Shown here in pieces: positions 9,931-19,324 of a DNA stretch of 64,000 nucleotides. Source of the stretch: Bacteroidota bacterium (GTDB lineage Bacteria; Bacteroidota; JABWAT01). Below the pieces are notes generated by a model that was not told the DNA's origin, did no database searches, and worked only from the letters and a program-made list of their open reading frames with translations. A program made the translations under genes and the position numbers. Position 1 is the first letter of the stretch, and each line of letters opens with the position of its first letter. Location of the stretch: positions 582,288 through 646,287 of the forward strand of contig JAKLJL010000002.1 of NCBI GenBank assembly GCA_023151185.1. Direction: 5' to 3'.

Positions 9931-10770
9931 ATGATTTTAAAGGCTTTCGCAAAAATAAATCTTGGATTGCGGATTCTGGAACGCCGTCCTGATGGTTTTC
10001 ATAATCTGGAAAGTATTTTTTGCTACATCAACTGGTATGATGACCTGATTTTCACACCATCCGGCCAGTTTCAGTTTACCTGTTCGGATCCATCCCTGCC
10101 AACTGATGAAGGAAATCTGGTTGTAAAGGCAGTCCGTCTGGTTGAAGAAACAACAGGAAAACCCTTTTCGTTTCAGATTCACCTTGAAAAACGGATTCCA
10201 CATGGGGCAGGGCTTGGCGGAGGGTCTTCGGATGCTGCCGCCGTTTTCAGATTTGCAATGGCCCGGTTTCCCGAAACCCTTTACTTCGAAAAAGCATCCG
10301 AACTTGCCGCCAGACTTGGGTCAGACCTGAATTTCTTTCTGTTACCGGTCACCCAGTATGCAACAGGAAGAGGAACAACTTTATCGCCGGTCGATTTTTT
10401 TATTCCGGGCTGGGTGTTAACAGTCTTTCCGGGAGTTCCGGTGCCCACCGGTTGGGCCTATCAGCAGATAAAACCCTACAATCTCCATCCGCTTCCACTT
10501 AATCAGGAACTTCCCTTGCTAAAGAACATCCGGGACTTTTCCGGTAAGCTGGTTAATGATTTTGATGCCCCGGTTTCATCTCAAAAACCAGAGATCCTGC
10601 AATTGAAAACTGAACTTGCCGAAACGCTGCCGGAGTACCTTTCCCTCTCAGGAAGTGGAAGTGCCTGTTTTGCCATCTACCAAACAAAAAGCCAGGCTGA
10701 GGAAGCGTTCAGGATATTTTCCGCAAAATACCCTTCAAACCTGACTCCGCCTGGCTTTAAACCTGATTAA
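9931..10770 (+). CDS. ispE: 4-diphosphocytidyl-2-C-methyl-D-erythritol kinase
   Basis: AKINLGLRIL N-terminal motif and the GHMP-kinase glycine loop PHGAGLGGGSSDAAA. Confidence 0.85.
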   Translation: MILKAFAKINLGLRILERRPDGFHNLESIFCYINWYDDLIFTPSGQFQFTCSDPSLPTDEGNLVVKAVRLVEETTGKPFSFQIHLEKRIPHGAGLGGGSSDAAAVFRFAMARFPETLYFEKASELAARLGSDLNFFLLPVTQYATGRGTTLSPVDFFIPGWVLTVFPGVPVPTGWAYQQIKPYNLHPLPLNQELPLLKNIRDFSGKLVNDFDAPVSSQKPEILQLKTELAETLPEYLSLSGSGSACFAIYQTKSQAEEAFRIFSAKYPSNLTPPGFKPD

Positions 10771-10776
10771 TGTAAG

Positions 10777-12387
10777 TTACTTTATTTTGTCAACCCAGGC
10801 ATCTTTGACAACTGCCTTGAATTCTTCCAGGGCCTTCAATGCATCGGGTCTGGTAGAAAACTGTCCCACCCGGATTCTGTAGAGGGTTTTTCCATTAACC
10901 TGAGCTTCTTTTAACCCCGAAGCATAGCCTTTCGACTGCCACGATTTTACTTGTTTTTCTGCCTGTTCTTTCGATGGAACAGAGGCAACATTAAAGGTAA
11001 ATCCGCCTTTTGCTTCATCATAAGTCCCTTTAAGACCGGCGGCGGAAACAGGTGCAGGAGCAGATGCTTTTGCCGGTTCCTGTTTTGGCCTGGGTTCAGT
11101 TGCAGCAGGTTTCAAAGCCGGGGTTTCTTTCACCTTCGGGTCAACAACCGGTTTCACAGGAGTTACGACTTTGGATGGCTGGGCTTCTGCAGGTTTTTTC
11201 GACTCGGATGGTGCAGCGACAGGACTTGAACCTACAGGGGTTTCGGTTGCAGCCGGGACCGGCAGGTTTACAGTGATACTATCTTTTTTTACCGAATCAG
11301 GAAGAACCGTTCCTGTTTTTTTCGCCGTATCAGCCTGAATTGCAGGTAAGGTGGTTGCCTGTTTAACTTTCTTCACTTCTGCAACATCATTTTTCATGAA
11401 CCAGTAAATAAACCCACCCAGAGCAATAACACCAACTGCAATCAGGAACCAGATCCAGCCACGGTCCATTTCCTTGCCAAGTTCGGTATGACTGAGGTAT
11501 TGATACTGGTAGGTATTTCCGTCAGAAGGCGGTGCAGAAGGTAAGGGCTCGCTGGATGCCGGTGAAATCGAGATATCCGGACCGGGTTCAGTCCATGTGA
11601 AAGGTTTCGGTTCCGGAGGAACAGGGGCGGCTGGTTCTGCAGCCGGCTCAGGAGCAGACTCTGCAACCAGGCCCGATATTTCTTCCTGGGTAAAGGCCGG
11701 AAGCTCATTCCCGGATTCTGGTGTGGGTTCCGGTAGTTTTTCCTCAGATTCAGGTGCAAATGCCGGAACGAAATCCTGCAAAAGAACCTGCTCGTCAGAC
11801 TGATCTGCCTGCGGCATTTCGGCAGCAACCGGCTCAGAGGTTTCTGGTTCACCTGAAACTGGCTCTGACAGGAATATCTGTTCCGGTTCTGATAGTGCAT
11901 CAGAAGGCTCGGTCATTTCTGCAAAGGAAATACCGGGTTCCTCAGTTACGATTTCTTCAGCAGCAACCAGATCAGAGTCTGTTTCTGAATCAGCAAGCGC
12001 AATAATTTCGGGACTTTCCGACACTGCGGATTCAATTTCCTCAGAAAATTCAGCAGCCTGTGGTTCAGAAAGTACTTGCGGACCGGCTGCAGGCGAAGAT
12101 TCGGCTTCAAGCACAACCGGTCCGTACCCGTTATATCTGAAATTAATCAGGCGTTCAAACTCCGGTTCGGGGATAAACGTCAGGCGGCCCGTATCGGAAA
12201 GCCCAAAAGAGCCTAAACCGGCAAAATCTGCCCGGTCACCGGCTTTGATTTTCTCGAGTTGTGAAGTAATCAGGGCATCCAGAATATGTGCGATATCGGT
12301 AGGATTTTTCCCTGAGCCGGTCTGGATTTTTTCGAATAGTTTTTCTGCATCCATGGGGGTACCTTTAGCTTTCAGGGATAAATTCAA
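10777..12387 (-). CDS. HU-like domain / acidic Pro-Glu-Ser-rich linker / TM helix / C-terminal SPOR domain protein
   Basis: N-terminus GDRADFAGLGSFGL matches the HU fold. The low-complexity acidic PE-rich region spans about 11500-12050. TM helix WIWFLIAVGVIALGGFIYWF. The C-terminal SPOR-like domain carries the YRIRVGQF motif. The start may instead be Met-12 at 12354. Confidence 0.6.
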   Translation of the reverse strand: MNLSLKAKGTPMDAEKLFEKIQTGSGKNPTDIAHILDALITSQLEKIKAGDRADFAGLGSFGLSDTGRLTFIPEPEFERLINFRYNGYGPVVLEAESSPAAGPQVLSEPQAAEFSEEIESAVSESPEIIALADSETDSDLVAAEEIVTEEPGISFAEMTEPSDALSEPEQIFLSEPVSGEPETSEPVAAEMPQADQSDEQVLLQDFVPAFAPESEEKLPEPTPESGNELPAFTQEEISGLVAESAPEPAAEPAAPVPPEPKPFTWTEPGPDISISPASSEPLPSAPPSDGNTYQYQYLSHTELGKEMDRGWIWFLIAVGVIALGGFIYWFMKNDVAEVKKVKQATTLPAIQADTAKKTGTVLPDSVKKDSITVNLPVPAATETPVGSSPVAAPSESKKPAEAQPSKVVTPVKPVVDPKVKETPALKPAATEPRPKQEPAKASAPAPVSAAGLKGTYDEAKGGFTFNVASVPSKEQAEKQVKSWQSKGYASGLKEAQVNGKTLYRIRVGQFSTRPDALKALEEFKAVVKDAWVDKIK

Positions 12388-12622
12388 GGCTGTCTTTGGG
12401 CGGGTAAAGAGAAACCCTGCCGGAAGAAGGATCCACTTCTTTCAGACTCGCCAGATGCTGAACCCTGAGTGTCCCCAAACCCGGAAGCTGGACGTCTTCG
12501 CCGGATAGAAGGGATTCCTTGATTGCAGTGTAAAATTGTCGGAGGACAAGGTCAACATCCGCCTCAGGAAGGTTGGTCTTGATTGCAATTTCCTGTACAA
12601 ATGTTTTTGAAAACATACTCAT
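12365..12622 (-). CDS. HU/IHF-family DNA-binding protein
   Basis: 85 aa. GEDVQLPGLGTLRVQH aligns with the HU consensus GDxVxLxGFGxFxVxxR. Confidence 0.7.
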   Translation of the reverse strand: MSMFSKTFVQEIAIKTNLPEADVDLVLRQFYTAIKESLLSGEDVQLPGLGTLRVQHLASLKEVDPSSGRVSLYPPKDSLEFIPES

Positions 12623-12627
12623 CCTGT

Positions 12628-14193
12628 TCAGAATTTAAAGGAAACACCAAAGGTTATTTGATTTGCTTCCCTGTTAAAACCGGGATAAACGAGATCCTTA
12701 TTATTTACGATAATCCTAATTTCACCGTAAAAATTCAATGTAGTAAAGTGAAAATCGTCAATTCTTAATAAAATATCACTGTAATCGGGCAGTTTCTTCT
12801 GTTTTTGGGGGTCTGTATACCTATTTGTGTGATAGCGGGCACGGGCAGAAATCCTGTTCTTTTGGTTTTCGGTCAGCCAGTCCAAATCCAGACCGGATGT
12901 AACGGCCGGTAAAAAAGGAACTGATTTGATTTTTCCAAAGAAAATTTCCTGACTGCCGTAAAGCCTGAGGACCAGTTCCGGGTTTAGATACCAGGAACAG
13001 GAAAGCGAAGCCTGGTGCGACGAAACCGTTACCCACTGTGTTGTCCCGGTTGTATCCGGATACAATCTGTCCTCTGATTCATGGTACAGAGTTCCCAATT
13101 TGACTATCCAGTGATCGGATGGAATCCATTCCAGAATATATTCAGCACGGTTGGTCTGATGGAGATTCAACGAGAAAGTTTTTCCGGGGTTAACCCAGAA
13201 AAATCCACCCGTGTAAAATTCTGGTGCCGGTAAAGACTGATAAAGCGTCCACTCCAGTTTATGGTGGAAATGACGGGTGTGCCCGAAGAGTTTTGCACTT
13301 CCCGAGGGCAGGTGGCGGATTGCCCCTGCATCATTGCGGTGAAAATAACCGCCCGCAACTTCAAGTGAGAACACCTCATTCCCTGCCTGAAAACCGGTTT
13401 CCGCCTTTCCTGCTCTGGAATCCGAACCTGACCGACCAGTTCCCTGCCAGCCTTCAACCCGGCTGATCCAGTATAAAAAAGATAAATCGAACCGGCTTTC
13501 AGCCAAAAGGCCTGCCGATCCACCCGAATTCTCTGACGGCCCCGAAGAAAAATAGTCGTGATAAAATCCATCAATCCGCCAGGAAGTTCCGTCCTCAAGC
13601 GGATCGCTTTTCACCTTTCCTTCAAGGCGGAGGGTTCTGTAAAGGGAGGTATCAATGGTGGACTGATGGGGTTGAATATCGGCATAGTCTAAACCGGCAG
13701 CCAGGGAATAGCTGGTTCCTGATGGGGTCATTCCGGTATTCAGCTGGCTGTTTCCCGTTATGAAGTCACCTCTGAACGTCTGGAGGCGGAAAGTCTTTTC
13801 TGTCTGGCGGTTGCCGAAAACTTCAAGCGTCCTGAACTGCCTGCTGCCAGGCGCCGTGTAAACAGCCCCCAGTTCACCATTATCAGAAAGGTGACTTCCC
13901 AGATAGAGAACCAGTTTGCTTTCCGGTTGAAAGTCGGGTTGACGGTAGGGCAGCAAATCGGACGGACCGTAAAGATCCAGCTCTGGGTTCAGCATGGAAA
14001 CCGGCTTGATTTCAGCCTTCCAGAAGGTAATTGGTACCGGCTTAAACGCCGGGCTGCCGGGTGGCTCCTTTCTGAAAACCTGAACAGAATCCGCTGTGCT
14101 CTGAGCCAGAACAGGTTCTGTCCCCAGCAGGAACCTAGCGGAAAAGAGCCCTGAGATCAGGAGAAACGGTATTTTTCGGGTACTTTTTGTCAT
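12628..14193 (-). CDS. Outer-membrane beta-barrel protein (unknown family)
   Basis: 521 aa. Signal peptide, alternating amphipathic beta-strand pattern, aromatic-rich, C-terminal ...GVSFKF (terminal Phe). Confidence 0.45.
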   Translation of the reverse strand: MTKSTRKIPFLLISGLFSARFLLGTEPVLAQSTADSVQVFRKEPPGSPAFKPVPITFWKAEIKPVSMLNPELDLYGPSDLLPYRQPDFQPESKLVLYLGSHLSDNGELGAVYTAPGSRQFRTLEVFGNRQTEKTFRLQTFRGDFITGNSQLNTGMTPSGTSYSLAAGLDYADIQPHQSTIDTSLYRTLRLEGKVKSDPLEDGTSWRIDGFYHDYFSSGPSENSGGSAGLLAESRFDLSFLYWISRVEGWQGTGRSGSDSRAGKAETGFQAGNEVFSLEVAGGYFHRNDAGAIRHLPSGSAKLFGHTRHFHHKLEWTLYQSLPAPEFYTGGFFWVNPGKTFSLNLHQTNRAEYILEWIPSDHWIVKLGTLYHESEDRLYPDTTGTTQWVTVSSHQASLSCSWYLNPELVLRLYGSQEIFFGKIKSVPFLPAVTSGLDLDWLTENQKNRISARARYHTNRYTDPQKQKKLPDYSDILLRIDDFHFTTLNFYGEIRIIVNNKDLVYPGFNREANQITFGVSFKF

Positions 14194-16891
14194 AGTCCTT
14201 AATCAGTTTCAGTGCGGCCTGTTTTTTCTTTTCCCTGACCAGTGATTGAACAGATAAAATCAGGATCTGATCCTCAATTTCACGGTCTTGCTGCCATTCG
14301 GTTCGATAAATTTCCAATTCTTTCTGGAGGTCTCCCGAGGATAGTTCCATCGCACGGATCTCCATTTTTTGCATGATTATTTTTTTCCGGAGCCGTTCAC
14401 TGAACTGGTTTTTTATCCGGAAATAATAGTCATCAAAGGCATCCCAACCGGCAGATTTCTGTGTAAAAAAAAGATCCTCCAGCAAGAGGGCTTCAAGAGA
14501 AGGAGAGATACTTTCTTCCCGCAAAGCTTCTTTCCTGAAAAACAGGGACAGAAGAGAATCCTTCCTGAAAGAATGGAACCGGTATAATCCCAAGTATAAC
14601 TGGAACCGGTCGCCGGGTGCTACAGGCCTTGATCCGTCATTAATCAGAATCTGAATCCGGGAAGTATCCAGCATTTCATATTCAGCCGGTGAAATCAACG
14701 TTCTGAGGTCAGAAATCCGGTCTGAAGGAACCCGGCCATCGTCCTTCCATTTCTGAAAATCCCGGGCTTTTGAAGTCAAAAAAAGTGACCGGATTACAAC
14801 CGGTTCTATCCATTCTTTATCCGGTGACAGATCCAGGCGCATCAGATTCTCGCCGGTTTTCTCCGGGTCAGGGCTTGCAGAGAGTAATTCCCGGAACAAA
14901 TCGGTTTTGTCGGGATCAATCCCGTTTTTCGCCAAAATCTGCGATTGGGAAGCAGGGATTCCTGAAGCCGCCAGTATAAAACAGCCACCATCACCAAAAT
15001 TTCGGAGAAGGTCCAGCAATGCCGGATTTTTCAGAACCGAAAGCACAGAATCATGGCCCAGAAACCGGATTCCGGTCTGCACGGAATAATGAAATGCCTG
15101 GGGCTCAGAGATCCTGAGCAGATTGCCGGCCAGCAGGTGTGTGGTCAGTTCCTTCCGCTTTCCGGAAAGTGTAGTTTCCACCGGGATAAGCCAGTTTTCG
15201 GCTTTGAACCCAAATTTTGACCGGTAATCCCGGATCCGGTTGTTCAGGTAAGCATAAGAACCTGTTGCGAATTCGGCCAGAATCTGCATCAACTCTACCG
15301 ACTCAGGAAAGAAGTCGGGGCTTAACCGGTTGAGAACCCGCAGGTATCCCAAAGCCAGATCCGGCCGGCCGGCATCCAGGGTCATTTTTGCCGCAGAAAA
15401 CATCATTCTGTTTTTTACTGAGTCGGATGCAGCGTACCGGATTTTTTTATCCAGAAGCGCAAGTCCGGTGCGTTGTTTCCCTGTCCTGAACAGGTTTTCT
15501 GATTGAATCAGATCGATATCATCATAATACCGGACGAAACGGTCACGGTAAAGCCGGATCCGTCTTTCGATGGAATCAGTCCAACCCAGGCGAATACAGG
15601 ATTCAAGCCCGGCCATAAAGGCGGGACCCTCGAGCCGGTGTCCCTTATAATCTGTCAGGAAATAGTCGAATTGCTGAATGGCCTCAGGATACTTTCCGGC
15701 TTTGAAAAGTGCAAAACCAGAATTATAAACCAACCCTGGCCAGGAGGCCTGCTGCCTTTTTTTATTGAATCCGGAAGCCGTCAGATAGGCCCTTCCGGCT
15801 TCCTTCCACCGGTTATTTTCAACGGCCACCTGCGCCACCTGAACCCAGAGTGAATCCAGGCTGAGCCCGGTGTCGGTTTCATCCGTTATCAGACTTAAAT
15901 CCCGTTCAAACAGATCCCAGCGATTCAATTTTAAGGCAGCCCAGAGACGGTGATTCAGGTTATACCGGTTGATTTCGGGTGAAAAGGTAAAAATCTGGAG
16001 ACGGGCCTCCAGAATCTGATCAATTTGCCCGGACTCTTTCCAGAGTTCAACAAAAAGGACTTTTTTAAAGGGTGCCAACCACGAATTGTCGCCGATTCGA
16101 TCAAGAATCTGCATGGCCCTGTTTTTTTGGTTTTCTTTCAGCAGGGCGTAAGCCAGCCTGAACCTGACAAAATCAATCTGGAAAGATCCCGGAAAAAGCT
16201 GGTCATACCGTCCCAGACTGATAATTGCATCCTTCCATAACCCGAGCCGGATGTAGGATTCAGAAACAATCAGAAGGCTCCGTTCCTTTTCATCCTGCCC
16301 AGTAATCAGTGGCTGAAGCAACAGGAGCTGATCAATGGCCCGGGCATACTGGCCAAGATGGTAATCGCAATCAGCAACGGACAGAGAAGCATAATTTCCG
16401 GACGGGGATTCCGGGTAGTGCTCAGAAAATCCCGAAAAAATCTGCCGGGCAGTTTCCCAGTTTCCCAGACGGGCGTGAATAAATCCTCTCAGTAAATAGG
16501 CGTGTTCAGACAGGTCTCCGCCCGGACCTGAACCAGCCGAATCGAGAAGGGAAAGTCCTTCGGTGAACTGATCGTAATCAATATAGGTCCGGGCAAGCCA
16601 GTAACTGATGGTAAAATTCCAGTCGCCGGTCGTTTTCCGGCGCAGTTCTGCCAGAAGTGGCCGTGAGTCCTGCAATCTACCCTGCTGAAGGTAAATTTGG
16701 GAAAGTTCCCACAACCAGACTGTACGTCTGGGGTGAACAGGATAGTGGTTCAGGTCAGCCCGCAATTGATGTTCGCTTTCAGCCCACAAACCGGAAGTAA
16801 AAAGGGGAGAATCAGGCGGGGGTAAAAACTGGGCCTTTCCGGTTCCGGCAAGAACGGTCATCAGAAAGACAAAAACCAGGACATTTTTCAT
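14135..16891 (-). CDS. Large TPR-repeat protein with signal peptide
   Basis: 918 aa. Signal peptide MKNVLVFVFLMTVLAGTGKAQ (no lipobox Cys) and many TPR-like repeats. Confidence 0.5.
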   Translation of the reverse strand: MKNVLVFVFLMTVLAGTGKAQFLPPPDSPLFTSGLWAESEHQLRADLNHYPVHPRRTVWLWELSQIYLQQGRLQDSRPLLAELRRKTTGDWNFTISYWLARTYIDYDQFTEGLSLLDSAGSGPGGDLSEHAYLLRGFIHARLGNWETARQIFSGFSEHYPESPSGNYASLSVADCDYHLGQYARAIDQLLLLQPLITGQDEKERSLLIVSESYIRLGLWKDAIISLGRYDQLFPGSFQIDFVRFRLAYALLKENQKNRAMQILDRIGDNSWLAPFKKVLFVELWKESGQIDQILEARLQIFTFSPEINRYNLNHRLWAALKLNRWDLFERDLSLITDETDTGLSLDSLWVQVAQVAVENNRWKEAGRAYLTASGFNKKRQQASWPGLVYNSGFALFKAGKYPEAIQQFDYFLTDYKGHRLEGPAFMAGLESCIRLGWTDSIERRIRLYRDRFVRYYDDIDLIQSENLFRTGKQRTGLALLDKKIRYAASDSVKNRMMFSAAKMTLDAGRPDLALGYLRVLNRLSPDFFPESVELMQILAEFATGSYAYLNNRIRDYRSKFGFKAENWLIPVETTLSGKRKELTTHLLAGNLLRISEPQAFHYSVQTGIRFLGHDSVLSVLKNPALLDLLRNFGDGGCFILAASGIPASQSQILAKNGIDPDKTDLFRELLSASPDPEKTGENLMRLDLSPDKEWIEPVVIRSLFLTSKARDFQKWKDDGRVPSDRISDLRTLISPAEYEMLDTSRIQILINDGSRPVAPGDRFQLYLGLYRFHSFRKDSLLSLFFRKEALREESISPSLEALLLEDLFFTQKSAGWDAFDDYYFRIKNQFSERLRKKIIMQKMEIRAMELSSGDLQKELEIYRTEWQQDREIEDQILILSVQSLVREKKKQAALKLIKDYDKKYPKNTVSPDLRALFR

Positions 16892-18378
16892 GGGCGGATA
16901 AACACATTGTAGGCAATTATCCCCAGGAAAACGGAAAGAGCAATACTGAAAAAGTTCACCGAGTCGTTATTAAACACCGTGTATCCCTTTACAATTCTGC
17001 CGGGTTCATTGCAGTGAGAGCCTTCCTCTGATTCCCTGCCGCAAATCCGGCAGGCGAATCTGACCTGGAAAGCAGATCCGAGAACGCTGTCAATCAGTGT
17101 TCCGGAAAAACCGGTTAAAGATATTAAAATCCAAAATTGCGCGGTTTTTTCAAAATAATAATCGGTCTGAAAATAAATCAGGGAGGAAATTAACGCGGCG
17201 CCGGCAAGACCGCCAAGGAGACCGGGAATTGAAATCCCGCCAGACCTCCCCTTTTCGATGGGATTAAAGGACAGGATATCAACCGGATTTCTCCGGCCAA
17301 ACAACTGCCCGATTTCAGTGCTCCAGGTATCTGCTGTGGCGGCGGCTACCGCAATAAGGAAAATTGCATAACTCCACGGCCACAGATTATTCATTGCAAC
17401 CAGAAACACCAGCAGCGCAGGTCCACCGTTGGCCCAGACCTGAGTTTGATTTCTTGGAGAACTTAATCCAGTCAATTCTCCCTTTTTCCTTCTGAAATAA
17501 TGGCTGATCAGAGTCAGAACGGAAGACAGAACAAAAAAGACCAGCATAGGAACCGTCCAGGCCCAACCACCCATTCCAAAAAGAATAAGTCCCATGAAAA
17601 ATACAGCCAGACTGCCGGAAAGTGACAAAAATCTGAACTTCCAGCTTATCCAGACAAAAGGAATCAACCCGGCTGCCACCATCCAGAAACGGGTAATATC
17701 AGAAGGGTCGATCAGAATATAATCAAGGAAAAGCGCACTGATAAGGGGAATTCCAAGATTATCGGTTCCGTTTGTCATCAGCAGTTCTGCAAGCGCCACC
17801 ATCAGACCGGTCAACCCTGCAATCTGAAAAAGTTCAAAGTAGGTAACCGGCGGAAGCTGTCCTGAAAACCCGGCAAACAGAATGATAAAGTACCCGGTGA
17901 TCATCATAACCAGAAAACCGTTGACCGATTTTCCTCTAGGCAAATCCTGAAACCGGGAGCCTTTTCCTCCCGGCTTTCCTAAAAAGGAGGCAAATGCATC
18001 GCCAAATCCCAGAATCAGCATGGATGCCTGCATTATGACCGGATCGCGTTCCCAATAGAAAAAACTAAGGACTGCAAAGGCGAGAGGAAAATAAATCACC
18101 CCTCTGGAAGCCTTATTGACAGAAAGAAACGGAAGCCAGGCAGGCCGGACGGAGGCAAGAAAATGAAGAAAAAAAAAGAGTCCGGCAAGCAGGATGACCG
18201 GAAATTTGTCCTGATAAAAATAAGGGGAAACAGCACAGGCCATTCCCCCAAGGATATGCAGATATTTCCGGCTGGTTTCCGGGAAAATCCAGTTTTTGGA
18301 TGCAGTAAAACTGAAAATGGCCTGAAGGAACAGAAAAAAGAGAAAGGTTACACCAAACCAAAACCAGTCAGATTGCAT
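16888..18378 (-). CDS. Fusion protein: CTP-dependent polyprenol/phytol kinase-like (VTE5/dolichol kinase family) N-terminal half + DUF92 (TMEM19/VTE6-like) C-terminal half
   Basis: N-terminal half GFGDAFASFLGKPGG...KSVNGF matches the GDxxAxxxG...KSxEG pattern of the dolichol/phytol kinase family. C-terminal half ATADTWSTEIG matches the DUF92 signature. Polytopic membrane protein. 4-nt overlap with the upstream TPR gene. Confidence 0.5.
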   Translation of the reverse strand: MQSDWFWFGVTFLFFLFLQAIFSFTASKNWIFPETSRKYLHILGGMACAVSPYFYQDKFPVILLAGLFFFLHFLASVRPAWLPFLSVNKASRGVIYFPLAFAVLSFFYWERDPVIMQASMLILGFGDAFASFLGKPGGKGSRFQDLPRGKSVNGFLVMMITGYFIILFAGFSGQLPPVTYFELFQIAGLTGLMVALAELLMTNGTDNLGIPLISALFLDYILIDPSDITRFWMVAAGLIPFVWISWKFRFLSLSGSLAVFFMGLILFGMGGWAWTVPMLVFFVLSSVLTLISHYFRRKKGELTGLSSPRNQTQVWANGGPALLVFLVAMNNLWPWSYAIFLIAVAAATADTWSTEIGQLFGRRNPVDILSFNPIEKGRSGGISIPGLLGGLAGAALISSLIYFQTDYYFEKTAQFWILISLTGFSGTLIDSVLGSAFQVRFACRICGRESEEGSHCNEPGRIVKGYTVFNNDSVNFFSIALSVFLGIIAYNVFIRP

Positions 18379-18382
18379 TCAG

Positions 18383-19324
18383 TCAGATTTTTAAGGTGAA
18401 TTGAAGGGCAGGAACGGAATATCCGGTTCCTGTCGGCAGACTGTTCAAAGATAACTTAACCTGATCGGTATGTAAACGGGCCTGCATGGCAGCATTGACA
18501 GCCGACACAGTATGGTTTACCAGGGTCAGGACGGCAAAAGTACTGGCGAGATTATGCATTTCATTGGCCCTGGTCCGGCTGTCACGGTAAGACCGGAAGG
18601 CCGGTGTCAGAAACTGCATATGACTCATTGGAAGACTGTTGTCATAATCATACCAACCCGGCATGAACTGTTCATACTTCCCGATCAGTTCATAATACTG
18701 CTGGGAATCATAACCGGGCAGGACATGTGAGAATTTAGCTCCGCCACCAAATGTAAATGTCATCTCCCTCTCGAGTGAATTCAATTCAGTCCACCATTCC
18801 CTGTTCCCGGGTGTCATATTGGGGTCTCCGTTGATTTTGTTTTTCAGTGCTACAGCAAGATCTTTTGCTTTCTGATCCTGGCCACCTCCAGAATCCTCGG
18901 CCCAATATATAAGGTAATCGGCATATTTACGGACACTCCACCCTTTAGCAGGGTCGTTGGCAACCTTCTGGTATGCTTTTTCTTTATTTGCGGCATCTTT
19001 GTCGAAATACAGGTAACTGCCAACCAAAACAATCTCTGCAGTAAAAAAGCCGATTGCCGACTTATAGGCTTCTGCATACCACTCACCGGTACCGGGAATG
19101 ACCGCAGAAAAAAAAGCCGCCTTCAGCGGACTTTTCTTTTCATCACTGAAAAAAGCCCAGGCTGAGGGTTGGGAATCCGAAATCCCCAGTTGGCTGTCCA
19201 GAAGCAGATTTCCGTACAGGGGTTGCAGATTCTCACCAGTCCGAGGCTCTGAAAGCGGCTGACCGGATGAGGCAGAAAAGTAAAAAATAAAAACAGAAAA
19301 GGAGAGTAATTTTAAAAAGTCCAT
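18383..19324 (-). CDS. Secreted hypothetical protein
   Basis: 313 aa with a signal peptide and no recognisable motif. Confidence 0.35.
   Translation of the reverse strand: MDFLKLLSFSVFIFYFSASSGQPLSEPRTGENLQPLYGNLLLDSQLGISDSQPSAWAFFSDEKKSPLKAAFFSAVIPGTGEWYAEAYKSAIGFFTAEIVLVGSYLYFDKDAANKEKAYQKVANDPAKGWSVRKYADYLIYWAEDSGGGQDQKAKDLAVALKNKINGDPNMTPGNREWWTELNSLEREMTFTFGGGAKFSHVLPGYDSQQYYELIGKYEQFMPGWYDYDNSLPMSHMQFLTPAFRSYRDSRTRANEMHNLASTFAVLTLVNHTVSAVNAAMQARLHTDQVKLSLNSLPTGTGYSVPALQFTLKI

Noticed and set aside
14135-16891. 918-aa TPR protein as PorW/SprE (T9SS TPR lipoprotein)
   Set aside because: PorW/SprE are lipoproteins with a lipobox Cys. This protein has a cleavable signal peptide without Cys (..LAGTGKAQ). 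Homology cannot be asserted by eye, so it is left as a generic TPR protein.
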